From Pseudomonas aeruginosa (GTDB taxonomy: Bacteria; Pseudomonadota; Gammaproteobacteria; Pseudomonadales; Pseudomonadaceae): DNA of 32,000 nt. This document shows positions 15,882 through 24,935 of this stretch, in pieces. A program made the position numbers and the translations under genes. Under the pieces are notes generated by a model, which was not told the origin of the DNA, made no database searches, and worked only from the letters and a program-made list of their open reading frames with translations. Location: NCBI RefSeq assembly GCF_001457615.1, contig NZ_LN831024.1:5640001-5672000 (forward strand), written 5' to 3'. Numbering within the stretch: the stretch's first letter is position 1; each line of letters starts with the position of its first letter.

Positions 15882-17088
15882 ACTTCAACTGGCTGGAAGA
15901 CTTGCCGAGCAGGCGGCGGGCGACGATGAGCAGCTGGATCTGCTGGGTGCCCTCGAAGATGTCGAGGATCTTCGAGTCCCGCGCCCACTTCTCCAACAGC
16001 TCATCCTCGGCGTAGCCGAGGGCGCCGGCCAGCTCCACGCACTTCAGGGTGATCTCGTTGGCCACCCGTCCAGCCTTGGCCTTGGCGATGGACGCTTCCT
16101 TCGAGTTGGGCAGCTTGTTGTCGGCCATCCATGCCGCCTTCAGGGTCAACAGGCGCGCTGCCTCCCACTCCGCCTCCAGGCGATAGAGAGTGGCCTCGGC
16201 GTGGCTGACGGTCAGCAGCGGCTTCCTGTAGTCGAACTTGCAGCCAGCCTTCTTCAGCAATTCGCGGGTCCGGTCCAGCGCCGCCTTGGCCACCCCGACA
16301 GCCATGCCGGCCACCAGCGGGCGGGTATTGTCGAAGGTCTCCATGACCCCGGCGAAACCCTTCTGCACGTCGACCTCGGCGTTGCCCAGCAGGTTCGCGG
16401 CCGGCACCCGGCAATCATTGAAACTGATCGAAGCGGTATCCGAAGCCTTGATCCCGAGCTTCTTCTCCAGGCGCGTCACGGTCATCCCCGGCGTGCCCTT
16501 CTCGACCACGAAGGACTTGATCGCCGCCCGCCCCAGGTTGCGGTTCAGGGTGGCCCAGACCACCACGGCATCGGCCCGCTCGCCGGAAGTGACGAAAATC
16601 TTCTCGCCGTTCAGTACATAGTGGTCGCCATCCTGGGTCGCGGTGGTGCGGATCGCCGCCGAGTCCGAGCCGCAGCCCGGCTCGGTGATCGCCATTGCCG
16701 CCCAGGTGCCGCCGAAGCGCTGCAACTGCTCCTCGTTGGCCACCGCGGCGATCGCCGCATTGCCCAGCCCCTGGCGCGGCATGGCCAGGAGCAGGCCGAC
16801 GTCGCCCCAGCACAGTTCCATCACGCCGAGCAACGCCGACAGGTTGCCGCCGTTCTTGATACCCTCCTCTACCTGCTTGCCGGCGCGCTTGCTCGCCGAG
16901 GTCGCACCGACAGCCTCGGGCGAGCCGCTGTTCATGCCGTCCAGCAAGGCCGCGAGCAGGTCCAGCTCCTTCGGATAGGCGTGTTCGGCCTTGTCGTACT
17001 TGCGCGAGATCGGCCGGAAATAGTTTTCCGCGACCTGATGCGCCTGGTTGGCCAGGCTGCGGAATTTCTTCGGGGTTTCCAGGTACAT
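15880..17088 (-). CDS. Acyl-CoA dehydrogenase
   Basis: WAAMAITEPGCGSDSAAIRTTATQDGDHYVLNGEKIFVTSG and C-terminal YAEDELLEKWARDSKILDIFEGTQQIQLLIVARRLLG, hallmark ACAD motifs. Confidence 0.95.
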   Translation of the reverse strand: MYLETPKKFRSLANQAHQVAENYFRPISRKYDKAEHAYPKELDLLAALLDGMNSGSPEAVGATSASKRAGKQVEEGIKNGGNLSALLGVMELCWGDVGLLLAMPRQGLGNAAIAAVANEEQLQRFGGTWAAMAITEPGCGSDSAAIRTTATQDGDHYVLNGEKIFVTSGERADAVVVWATLNRNLGRAAIKSFVVEKGTPGMTVTRLEKKLGIKASDTASISFNDCRVPAANLLGNAEVDVQKGFAGVMETFDNTRPLVAGMAVGVAKAALDRTRELLKKAGCKFDYRKPLLTVSHAEATLYRLEAEWEAARLLTLKAAWMADNKLPNSKEASIAKAKAGRVANEITLKCVELAGALGYAEDELLEKWARDSKILDIFEGTQQIQLLIVARRLLGKSSSQLK

Positions 17089-17136
17089 GTCGATTCCTCG
17101 TTCACTCGTCGCGGCGGACCGCGCACTCGCTCGGGT

Positions 17137-18420
17137 TCACAGGTGCAGGCCGCCGGCCATCAGCGCTACCGCGCGCAGGTCGCGGTACCAGCGCTCGGCT
17201 GGATGCTCCTTGGTGAAGCCGTGGCCACCGAGCAGCTGCACCGCGTCGGTGCCGATCTTCATCGCCTTCTCGGCGCACAGCAGCCGCGCCAGGTAAGCCT
17301 CGCGCTGGAACGGCTGGCCGCGCTCGGCCAGGGCGCAGGCGCGCCAGACCATCAGGCGCATGGCGTCCAGTTCGATGGCGATGTCGGCGACCATGAAGGC
17401 GACCCCCTGGCGATGGCTGATCGGCTCGCCGAAGGCCTCACGCTCGTTGCAGTAGGCGATCACGTAGTCCAGCGCCGCCTGTCCGGTGCCCAGCGCCAGG
17501 GCACACCAGGCCAGGGACGCGTGATCGAGGAAGGCCCGGTAGTCGAAATGCTCGGCGGCCAGGCGGTTGTCCGCCGGCACCTTGACGCTCTTCAGGCGCA
17601 ACCGGGCGGTGCCGCCGGCCTTCAGTCCCATCGCCGGCTCGGCACGTCGCTCGACGCCCTTGGCGGAGGCTTCCACCAGGAACAGCGCAGGCCCCTCGTC
17701 GGTCTTCGCCGCGACGATCAGGCGGCTGGCCTCCAGGCCGCGCAGGACCAGGCATTTCTCTCCGGAAAGCAGGTAGTGACTGCCCTTGCGCCGGGCGCGG
17801 GTCGCCAGTTTCTGCGGGTCGAACAGCAGACTCGGCTCGTTGACCGCGATGGCGGTGAGCGGCGCCCCCTCTTCGCTGACGAACGCCGGCAGCCACTGCG
17901 CCTGCTGCGAGGGGCTGCCCCAGCGGCGGATGCAGTTGGCCGCCGACAACGGCACCAGCAGGGCCGCCGCCAGCGTCAGGTCGCCCTTGGCCAGGGCCTC
18001 GGCGATAAGGGCCGTGGTCACCGTGGTGCGCTCACCGGCCATGCCGCCGTGCACCTCGCCGACCCCATAGTGGGTCAGGCCCAGCTCCAGCGCCTGGTTG
18101 AGCAGTTCCGCCGGCAGGCTGGCCTCGGCATCCGCGTCATGAGCCAGCGGACGCAACACCTCCAGGGCGAAGCCTTCGAGCATGTCCACCAGCATCTGCT
18201 GGTCGTCGGAGAACGACAGGTCGAACAACCCGTCCGGATCGGCCTTGCGCGGTCCCTTCGCCTGCTTCGCCGAACGCTCGCTGGCCAGGCGGAAGCCGGT
18301 ACGGCTGCCGCTGTAGAGCAGTTTTTCGAAGGGTTTGCGAAGATTGAAGCGATCCGGCCAGTCGGCCTGGGCGACACGGTTCAGTACAGCCAGGGCACGG
18401 CCCTGTACATCGGTGCTCAT
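17137..18420 (-). CDS. Acyl-CoA dehydrogenase family protein (divergent paralogue)
   Basis: MSTDVQGRALAVLNRVAQADW...; AVNEPSLLFDPQKLATRARRKGSHYLLSGEKCLVLRG; C-terminus AEKAMKIGTDAVQLLGGHGFTKEHPAERWYRDLRAVALMAGG. ATG choice near 18420 or 18426. Confidence 0.88.
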   Translation of the reverse strand: MSTDVQGRALAVLNRVAQADWPDRFNLRKPFEKLLYSGSRTGFRLASERSAKQAKGPRKADPDGLFDLSFSDDQQMLVDMLEGFALEVLRPLAHDADAEASLPAELLNQALELGLTHYGVGEVHGGMAGERTTVTTALIAEALAKGDLTLAAALLVPLSAANCIRRWGSPSQQAQWLPAFVSEEGAPLTAIAVNEPSLLFDPQKLATRARRKGSHYLLSGEKCLVLRGLEASRLIVAAKTDEGPALFLVEASAKGVERRAEPAMGLKAGGTARLRLKSVKVPADNRLAAEHFDYRAFLDHASLAWCALALGTGQAALDYVIAYCNEREAFGEPISHRQGVAFMVADIAIELDAMRLMVWRACALAERGQPFQREAYLARLLCAEKAMKIGTDAVQLLGGHGFTKEHPAERWYRDLRAVALMAGGLHL

Positions 18421-18895
18421 GGGCATCTTGCTCCACGCAGGATGGGATGCCCGGATCATGCGCCGCCGCATGGGCAGCGCCTATGACCGTCTCGCCGGGA
18501 AAACTTGTCAGACCAGCCAGTCACCTGCCCGGATAGGTCGGCATTCTGCCGGAACCCATCCCTCAGAACAGCGGATTCTAGCCGTGGAAACTCAGGGAAA
18601 GCAGAAAGGCGCGCGCTGACTTTACACTTCTTAACACTCTTTAAAGCTTTGAAGATGACTTGCCCGACGACCACGGCATTTAATTCTCAGATTGGGCAAG
18701 GATAATCACGAATATCGGTCACCTGAGGTATCCCACCCGCCGAAACCAAAACCAATCGGTAGGAATTTTCTTTAAAAGCATGAAATTACTGCAGGCTTAT
18801 CCTCTTCCCTAAGTAAAACCTTTAAATACAATCCCACTTCTTGCCATCCCCCTCCCGCGTCATCCCCAAGCCATTCCCGTCGACGAGTAAAGAAA

Positions 18896-20842
18896 ATGTG
18901 CGGTATCAGTGGATTTATCCAAAGACACACTGAAAAGAGCCAAATGGTACAGATCATTGGCCAGATGACGGACAAGATCATTCATCGTGGCCCCGATGAC
19001 AAAGGATATTGGTTGGATCATTCCATCGGCCTGGCGCTCGGCCACCGCCGCCTGGCCATACAGGACCTGTCGACGGCCGGACATCAGCCCATGCCGTCTG
19101 CATGCGGACGGTACGTCATAGTCTTCAATGGGGAGATCTACAATCATCTGGCACTCCGTGCCCTGCTCGGACCGCATCCCTGGAGGGGGCATTCCGACAC
19201 CGAGACGCTGCTTGCCTGCTTCTCCGTCTGGGGTATGGAGAAAACCCTATCCAATATCACTGGCATGTTTTCCCTCGCACTTTTCGATAAAGAAACGAGT
19301 AAAATCTTCCTCATTCGTGACCGGCTAGGAGAAAAACCTTTATATTATGGGTGGCAGGGAAACTGCTTCCTGTTTTCCTCCGAGTTAAAGTCTCTGACCG
19401 TACACCCAGAGTTCCAAAAAGAGATCGACAGAGACAGCCTTGCAGCATTTCTACGTTTTGGATATTGCCCCACTCCCAACAGCATCTACAAAGGTATAAA
19501 AAAACTTCCGCCCGGGCATTACATTCAATTGAACCTGGCTAATGCTACGCCAGGTGAACTCATGGATCCGCTCCCCTACTGGTCTCTGAGCAAGGTCATC
19601 GCACAAGGGATCCATCAGCCATTCCAGGGAAGTGACTCAGAGGCCGTGGATGCCCTGCACCGGCAACTGTCCGCCAGCGTTACTTCGCAAATGCTCAGTG
19701 ACGTACCTCTTGGCGCCTTCCTTAGCGGTGGCGTCGACAGCAGCACAATCGTGGCCCTTATGCAGGCTCGGCATTCCCGGCCCGTACAGACGTTCACCAT
19801 TGGCTTCGACGAGCCCGGCTACAACGAAGCGGAACACGCCAAGGCTGTCGCCCAGCATCTCGGCACCCAGCACACCGAGCTTTACGTCAGGGCCGAAGAC
19901 GCACTCGCGGTGGTGCCTTGTCTTCCCGGCATCTACTGCGAGCCCTTCGCCGATAGCTCACAGATACCGACCTACCTGATCAGTCGCCTGGCCAAGCAAT
20001 CCGTAACGGTCGCTCTCACCGGCGATGGTGGCGATGAACTGTTTGCCGGCTACAATCGCTATCTCACGGCATGCCAGGCATGGAACAGGTTGCAACAGCT
20101 TCCACTGGTTGCCAGGATGACGCTCGCAAAACTGCTGAGCGCTCTGCCACCGGCGATGTGGGACAGCCTGTTCTCTCTCGCAAGCCCCTTGCTACCCTCG
20201 AAGTACCGTTTGCGCACACCAGGAGACAAGCTTCAGAAGCTCGCCGGTCTCATGGCGTTTTCCAGTGAAGAGGACTTCTACAAGGATCTGGTCAGCCACT
20301 GGAAGAAGCCTACGAACCTCGTCATCGGCAGCGAGGAATCGGCTTCCGTCTTTTGGAATCTTGACAGCCTCCCCGAGATGGAAAGCTTCGAACAATGGAT
20401 GATGGCCATGGATACCCGGACCTACCTGGCCGATGACATACTGGCGAAGGTCGACCGCGCCGCAATGGCCACTAGCCTGGAAACCCGCGTCCCGCTCCTC
20501 GATCATCGCGTGGTCGAACTCGCCTGGAAAATGCCACTGAACCTGAAGATCAGAAATAACGACGGCAAGTGGTTGCTGCGCCAGGTTCTTTACCAGCACG
20601 TTCCCCGGGAACTGATCGAGCGTCCCAAGATGGGATTCGCCATCCCTCTGGACACCTGGCTGCGGGGACCGTTGCGGGAGTGGGCCGAAAGCCTCCTGGC
20701 TGAGGAACGCTTGAGACGCGAGGGCTACCTGCGCCCGGAGCCGATTCGGCGAGCCTGGCAGGAGCATCTCAGCGGAAAAAGAAACTGGCAAGGCCCGCTC
20801 TGGAATGTATTGATGTTCCAGGCTTGGCTGGAACATCAATGA
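18896..20842 (+). CDS. Glutamine-dependent asparagine synthetase-like amidotransferase (AsnB/WbpS-like)
   Basis: MCGISGF N-terminus with catalytic Cys2 (class II glutaminase), GHRRLAIQDLSTAGHQPM, FNGEIYNH, and PP-loop GAFLSGGVDSSTIVALM. Composition visibly AT-richer than neighbours. Confidence 0.93.
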   Translation: MCGISGFIQRHTEKSQMVQIIGQMTDKIIHRGPDDKGYWLDHSIGLALGHRRLAIQDLSTAGHQPMPSACGRYVIVFNGEIYNHLALRALLGPHPWRGHSDTETLLACFSVWGMEKTLSNITGMFSLALFDKETSKIFLIRDRLGEKPLYYGWQGNCFLFSSELKSLTVHPEFQKEIDRDSLAAFLRFGYCPTPNSIYKGIKKLPPGHYIQLNLANATPGELMDPLPYWSLSKVIAQGIHQPFQGSDSEAVDALHRQLSASVTSQMLSDVPLGAFLSGGVDSSTIVALMQARHSRPVQTFTIGFDEPGYNEAEHAKAVAQHLGTQHTELYVRAEDALAVVPCLPGIYCEPFADSSQIPTYLISRLAKQSVTVALTGDGGDELFAGYNRYLTACQAWNRLQQLPLVARMTLAKLLSALPPAMWDSLFSLASPLLPSKYRLRTPGDKLQKLAGLMAFSSEEDFYKDLVSHWKKPTNLVIGSEESASVFWNLDSLPEMESFEQWMMAMDTRTYLADDILAKVDRAAMATSLETRVPLLDHRVVELAWKMPLNLKIRNNDGKWLLRQVLYQHVPRELIERPKMGFAIPLDTWLRGPLREWAESLLAEERLRREGYLRPEPIRRAWQEHLSGKRNWQGPLWNVLMFQAWLEHQ

Positions 20843-20896
20843 TCCAGCCACAGGGCCAGGGGTCGGCGTGAAGCGGGAAGAACCTGCTAACGGGAA

Positions 20897-22318
20897 TCAG
20901 CGCTGGCGGATCTTCTCGACGATGGCGGTGGTGGAGCTGTTCTCCACCAGGCCGAGCACCCGTACCTCGCCGCCGTAGGCCCTGACGATCTGCGCGCCGA
21001 CCACCTGCTCGACGCCGTAATCGCCGCCCTTGACCAGCACGTCCGGACGCACCTGCTCGAGCAGGCGCTCGGGAGTGTCTTCGGCGAAGCTCACCACCCA
21101 GTCCACCGCGCCGAGCCCGGCGAGTACCGCCATGCGCCGGTCCACCGAGTTGATCGGCCGGCCAACGCCCTTCAGGCGAGTGACCGAGGCGTCGTCGTTG
21201 ACCCCGACGATCAGGCGGTCGCCCTGGGCGCGCGCCTGTTCGAGGTAGGTCACGTGGCCGGCGTGAAGGATGTCGAAGCAGCCATTGGTGAAGACGATCT
21301 TCTCGCCGTGGGCGCGGGCGTCTTCGATTGCCAGCAGCAATTGCTCCAGGCCCAGCACGCCACGCTCGGAACCCTGCTCGCGCTGCACCGCGCGACGCAG
21401 TTCGGGCGCGCTGATCGCCGCGGTACCCAGCTTGCCGACCACGATGCCGGCGGCCAGGTTGGCCAGGCCCACCGCGGACGGCAGCTCCTCGCCGGCGGCA
21501 AGCGCCGCGGCCAGGGTGGAGATGACCGTATCGCCGGCACCGGTGACGTCGAACACTTCCCGCGCCCGCGCCGGCAGGTGCAGGGCCGGCTGGCCATGGC
21601 GGAGCAGGGTCATGCCATGCTCGCCGCGGGTCACCAGCAAGGCGCCGAGGTCGAGTTCGCTCATCAGCGCCTGGCCCTTGGCGACCAGTTCGGCTTCGTC
21701 GGCGCAACGGCCGACGATGGTCTCGAATTCGGACAGGTTCGGGGTGATCAGGCTGGCGCCGCGATAGATGGCGAAGTCCTTGCCCTTGGGATCGGCCAGT
21801 ACCGGAATGTTGCGCGCCCGCGCCGCCTGGATCAGCACCTGGTGGTTCTGTAGCGCGCCCTTGCCGTAGTCGGACAGCACCAGCACCTTGACCTTGGCCA
21901 GCAGCGACTCGACGTCCACGGCCAGGGCCGCCGCGTCGGTGCGGAACGGTTCCTCGAAGTCGACCCGCAGCAGTTGCTGGTGACGACTCATGACCCGCAG
22001 CTTGACGATGGTCGGCTGGCTATCGATGCGCTGGAAGCGCGCGTCCACTCCAGCGGCCTTGAGGCTGTTGGCCAGGCTGTCGGCGGCCTCGTCGCGGCCG
22101 GTGACGCCGACCAGCAAGGCCTGCGCGCCCAGCGCGGCGATGTTCAGCGCGACGTTGGCGGCGCCGCCGGGGCGGTCCTCGTGCTGTTCGACGCGGACCA
22201 CCGGCACCGGGGCCTCCGGCGAAATGCGCGAAGTCGCGCCATGCCAGTAGCGGTCGAGCATCACATCACCGACCACCAACACCGGGGCCTGGTCGAAACG
22301 GGGCATGGACAACTTCAT
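20897..22318 (-). CDS. hldE: Bifunctional D-glycero-beta-D-manno-heptose-7-phosphate kinase / heptose-1-phosphate adenylyltransferase
   Basis: N-terminal ribokinase-like domain (VLVVGDVMLDRYWHGATSRISPEAPVPVVRVEQHEDRPGGAANVALNIAALG) and C-terminal nucleotidyltransferase (IVFTNGCFDILHAGHVTYLEQARAQGDRLIVGVN). Also called rfaE. Confidence 0.97.
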   Translation of the reverse strand: MKLSMPRFDQAPVLVVGDVMLDRYWHGATSRISPEAPVPVVRVEQHEDRPGGAANVALNIAALGAQALLVGVTGRDEAADSLANSLKAAGVDARFQRIDSQPTIVKLRVMSRHQQLLRVDFEEPFRTDAAALAVDVESLLAKVKVLVLSDYGKGALQNHQVLIQAARARNIPVLADPKGKDFAIYRGASLITPNLSEFETIVGRCADEAELVAKGQALMSELDLGALLVTRGEHGMTLLRHGQPALHLPARAREVFDVTGAGDTVISTLAAALAAGEELPSAVGLANLAAGIVVGKLGTAAISAPELRRAVQREQGSERGVLGLEQLLLAIEDARAHGEKIVFTNGCFDILHAGHVTYLEQARAQGDRLIVGVNDDASVTRLKGVGRPINSVDRRMAVLAGLGAVDWVVSFAEDTPERLLEQVRPDVLVKGGDYGVEQVVGAQIVRAYGGEVRVLGLVENSSTTAIVEKIRQR

Positions 22319-22358
22319 GGGAACTCCAAACAACCTCTCGGGGCAGACGCCCAGTTTA

Positions 22359-24170
22359 TCAGCCGACAGGCGCCGGCGCCTGCTCATCCAGTCCCATCGC
22401 ATGCAGCCGCGCATAATGGCCGTTCTGCGCCAGCAGCTCGGCGTGGCTGCCGCGCTCGACGATCTGCCCCTGGTCCATCACCAGGATCAGGTCGGCCTTC
22501 TCGATGGTCGACAGGCGGTGGGCGATCACCAGGGTGGTGCGCCCCTTCATCACTTCGTCCAGCGCCGCCTGGATATGCCGCTCCGACTCGGTGTCCAGCG
22601 CCGAGGTCGCCTCGTCGAGGATCAGCAGGGGCGCGTCCTTGAGCAGCGCCCGGGCGATCGCCAGACGCTGGCGCTGGCCGCCGGAAAGCAGCACGCCATT
22701 CTCGCCGACCTCGGTGTCGAAGCCTTGCGGCAGGTTGTCGATGAACTCCTTGGCGTTGGCAGCCTTCGCCGCCCGCTCGATTTCCTCGCGCGGCGCGCCA
22801 GCCAGGTCGCCGTAGGCGATGTTGTTGGCCACGCTGTCGTTGAACAGCGTGACCTGCTGGGTCACCAGGGCGATGTGGCGGCGCAGGTTGCGCAGGCGAT
22901 AATCCTCGACTTCAACGCCATCAAGGAGGATCTTGCCGTTATTGTGCTGGTAAAAGCGCGGAACCAGGTTGGCCAGGGTCGATTTGCCGCTACCGGAACG
23001 GCCGACCAGGGCGATCATCTGCCCGGGCTCGGCGATGAAACTGATGTCATCCAGCACCTGCTTGTCGGTTCCGGGATAACGGAAGCTCAGGTTGCGCACT
23101 TCTAGGCGCCCGCTGACCCGCTCCTTCTCGACGGTACCCTGGTCTTCCTCCGCCGCTTCGTCGAGCTGCTCGAAGATGCTCTCGGCGCCGGCGACGCCGC
23201 GCTGGACCGTGGAACTGACCTCGGAAAGCTGGCGGATCGGCTTGGGCAACAGGCCCGCCGCGGTGATATAGGCCACCAGATCGCCGGCCGAGGCGTCCCC
23301 GCGCAGCCACAGCACGAGGAACATCAGTATCGCCATGGCGACGTAGATCACCAATTGCAGCATCGGCGTGTAGACCGCGCCGGTCTTGGTCATCCGCAAC
23401 TGCTTGTCGGTATTGCTCTGGCTGGCGTCGAGGAAGCGCTTCTCTTCATAGGCTTCGCCGCCGAAGCTGCGCACCACCCGGTAGCCCTGGATGGTTTCCG
23501 AGGCGACGTGGGTGACGTCGCCCATGGCCACCTGGATCTTCTTGCTCTGCTTGCGGAACTTGCGGCTGGCGGTAGTCACCATCACCGCGATGACCGGCAG
23601 GATCGCCAGCATCACCAGGGTCAGCTTCCAGTTCATCCACAGCAGGTAGAGGAACAGGAAGACCACGGTCAGGCCCTCACGGATCACCACCTTGATGGCA
23701 TCCGTGGCCGCTCCGGTGACCATGGTCACGTTGAAGGTGATGCGCGAGATCAGGTGGCCGGAGCTGTGCGTGTCGAAATAGCGGTTCGGCAGCACCAGCA
23801 GCTTGTTGAACAGGGCGACCCGCAGGTCATGCACCAGCCCCAGGGAAACCTTGGCGAGGAAGAAGTTGCCGAGGAACGAGCCCAGCCCCTGCCAGGCAGC
23901 GATCAGGATGATCAGCAACGGCACCGCGTAGACCAGGTGCAAGTCGCGCAACCAGGGCCACTGCACATTCGGAAACAATGCCGCGTCAGGATTGGAGAGG
24001 CCGTCGACGAAATACTTGAGGATGCCCGCCAGCATCGGCTGGGTCGAGGCGAAGATCAGGAAACCGACGATGCTGAGTAGGAACATTCCGATGTAGGGCT
24101 TCACGTAGCCCAACAGGCGGAAATAGATCTTGAGACTGGAAGGTCCGGGATTCTGAGGACTATCGCTCAT
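22359..24170 (-). CDS. msbA: Lipid A export ABC transporter (ATP-binding/permease)
   Basis: Six-TM ABC exporter fused to an NBD: MIALVGRSGSGKSTLANLVPRFY (Walker A), NGVLLSGGQRQRLAIARALLKDAPLLILDEATSALDTESE. Confidence 0.96.
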   Translation of the reverse strand: MSDSPQNPGPSSLKIYFRLLGYVKPYIGMFLLSIVGFLIFASTQPMLAGILKYFVDGLSNPDAALFPNVQWPWLRDLHLVYAVPLLIILIAAWQGLGSFLGNFFLAKVSLGLVHDLRVALFNKLLVLPNRYFDTHSSGHLISRITFNVTMVTGAATDAIKVVIREGLTVVFLFLYLLWMNWKLTLVMLAILPVIAVMVTTASRKFRKQSKKIQVAMGDVTHVASETIQGYRVVRSFGGEAYEEKRFLDASQSNTDKQLRMTKTGAVYTPMLQLVIYVAMAILMFLVLWLRGDASAGDLVAYITAAGLLPKPIRQLSEVSSTVQRGVAGAESIFEQLDEAAEEDQGTVEKERVSGRLEVRNLSFRYPGTDKQVLDDISFIAEPGQMIALVGRSGSGKSTLANLVPRFYQHNNGKILLDGVEVEDYRLRNLRRHIALVTQQVTLFNDSVANNIAYGDLAGAPREEIERAAKAANAKEFIDNLPQGFDTEVGENGVLLSGGQRQRLAIARALLKDAPLLILDEATSALDTESERHIQAALDEVMKGRTTLVIAHRLSTIEKADLILVMDQGQIVERGSHAELLAQNGHYARLHAMGLDEQAPAPVG

Positions 24171-24277
24171 GGTTTCTTACATGCTGAAAAGGTCCCGGAG
24201 TGTAGCACAGGACCTCCATCACTCCGCCTGGAAGGCGTGTTGGGGTAAGATGGCGGGCCGTTCGTTCAGGAGCTCGC

Positions 24278-24928
24278 ATGCGAGTCATAGACTACCCCTC
24301 CTACTTGCAGTTGCGTGACAACGCAGAAGTGCTGGAAGCCGATGGTCATGGGGACAAGGTTCTGCGTCTGCGCGACGGGTCCTTCCTCAAACTGTTTCGC
24401 CGCAAGCGCCTGATTTCCTCCGCAGCCCTGTTCCCCTATGCGGAGCGCTTCGCCCGCAACGCCAGCGAACTGGCGCGGCGCGGCATCGTCTGCCCGAAGG
24501 TGCTGGACGTATTGCGGATCCCACATATCCAGCGCGACGCGGTGCACTACGAGCCGCTACCGGGGCAGACCCTCCGCCAACTCGACCGCAACGACCCGGA
24601 GTGCGGCGACGCAGTCCGGACGCAACTGGGCGAGCTGATCGCCGCGCTGCACGCCAAGGGGGTGTACTTCCGCTCGCTGCACCTGGGCAACGTGGTGCGC
24701 ACGCCGGAAGGCCGGATGGGCCTGATCGACATCGCCGACCTGCGGGTCCAGCGCTCGGCGCTCAGCGCCGCCCAGCGCATTCGCAATTTCAAGCACCTGC
24801 TGCGCTACGAACAGGATCGAACCTGGTTCCTCGACGACAGCGAGCACCTGGTGCTCAAGTCCTATCTCCGCAGCAGCCAGGTCCACTGGACACTCGAGCA
24901 GCTCCTCAAGCAACTGCAACTGGATTGA
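24278..24928 (+). CDS. Small LPS-kinase-like / lipopolysaccharide kinase (Kdo/WaaP-type) family protein
   Basis: MRVIDYPSYLQLRDNAEVLEADGHGDKVLRLRDGSFLKLFRRKRLISSAALFPYAERFARNASELARRGI...HAKGVYFRSLHLGNVVRTPEGRMGLIDIADL, with HxxN..D kinase-like active-site arrangement. Confidence 0.8.
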   Translation: MRVIDYPSYLQLRDNAEVLEADGHGDKVLRLRDGSFLKLFRRKRLISSAALFPYAERFARNASELARRGIVCPKVLDVLRIPHIQRDAVHYEPLPGQTLRQLDRNDPECGDAVRTQLGELIAALHAKGVYFRSLHLGNVVRTPEGRMGLIDIADLRVQRSALSAAQRIRNFKHLLRYEQDRTWFLDDSEHLVLKSYLRSSQVHWTLEQLLKQLQLD

Positions 24929-24935
24929 GCAAGGA

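Noticed and set aside
15868-18486. 872-aa plus-strand ORF
   Set aside because: Antisense to two clear acyl-CoA dehydrogenase genes, with composition typical of spurious antisense frames.
18780-18812. 10-codon ORF MKLLQAYPLP upstream of the asparagine-synthetase-like gene
   Set aside because: No properly spaced Shine-Dalgarno (AGGAA is too far away), and tiny ORFs are expected by chance in this AT-rich stretch.
24171-24277. Possible regulatory dyad in the msbA/kinase divergent gap (CGCCT-GGA-AGGCG)
   Set aside because: Only a 5-bp GC arm pair with a 3-nt loop, easily expected by chance in this genome.
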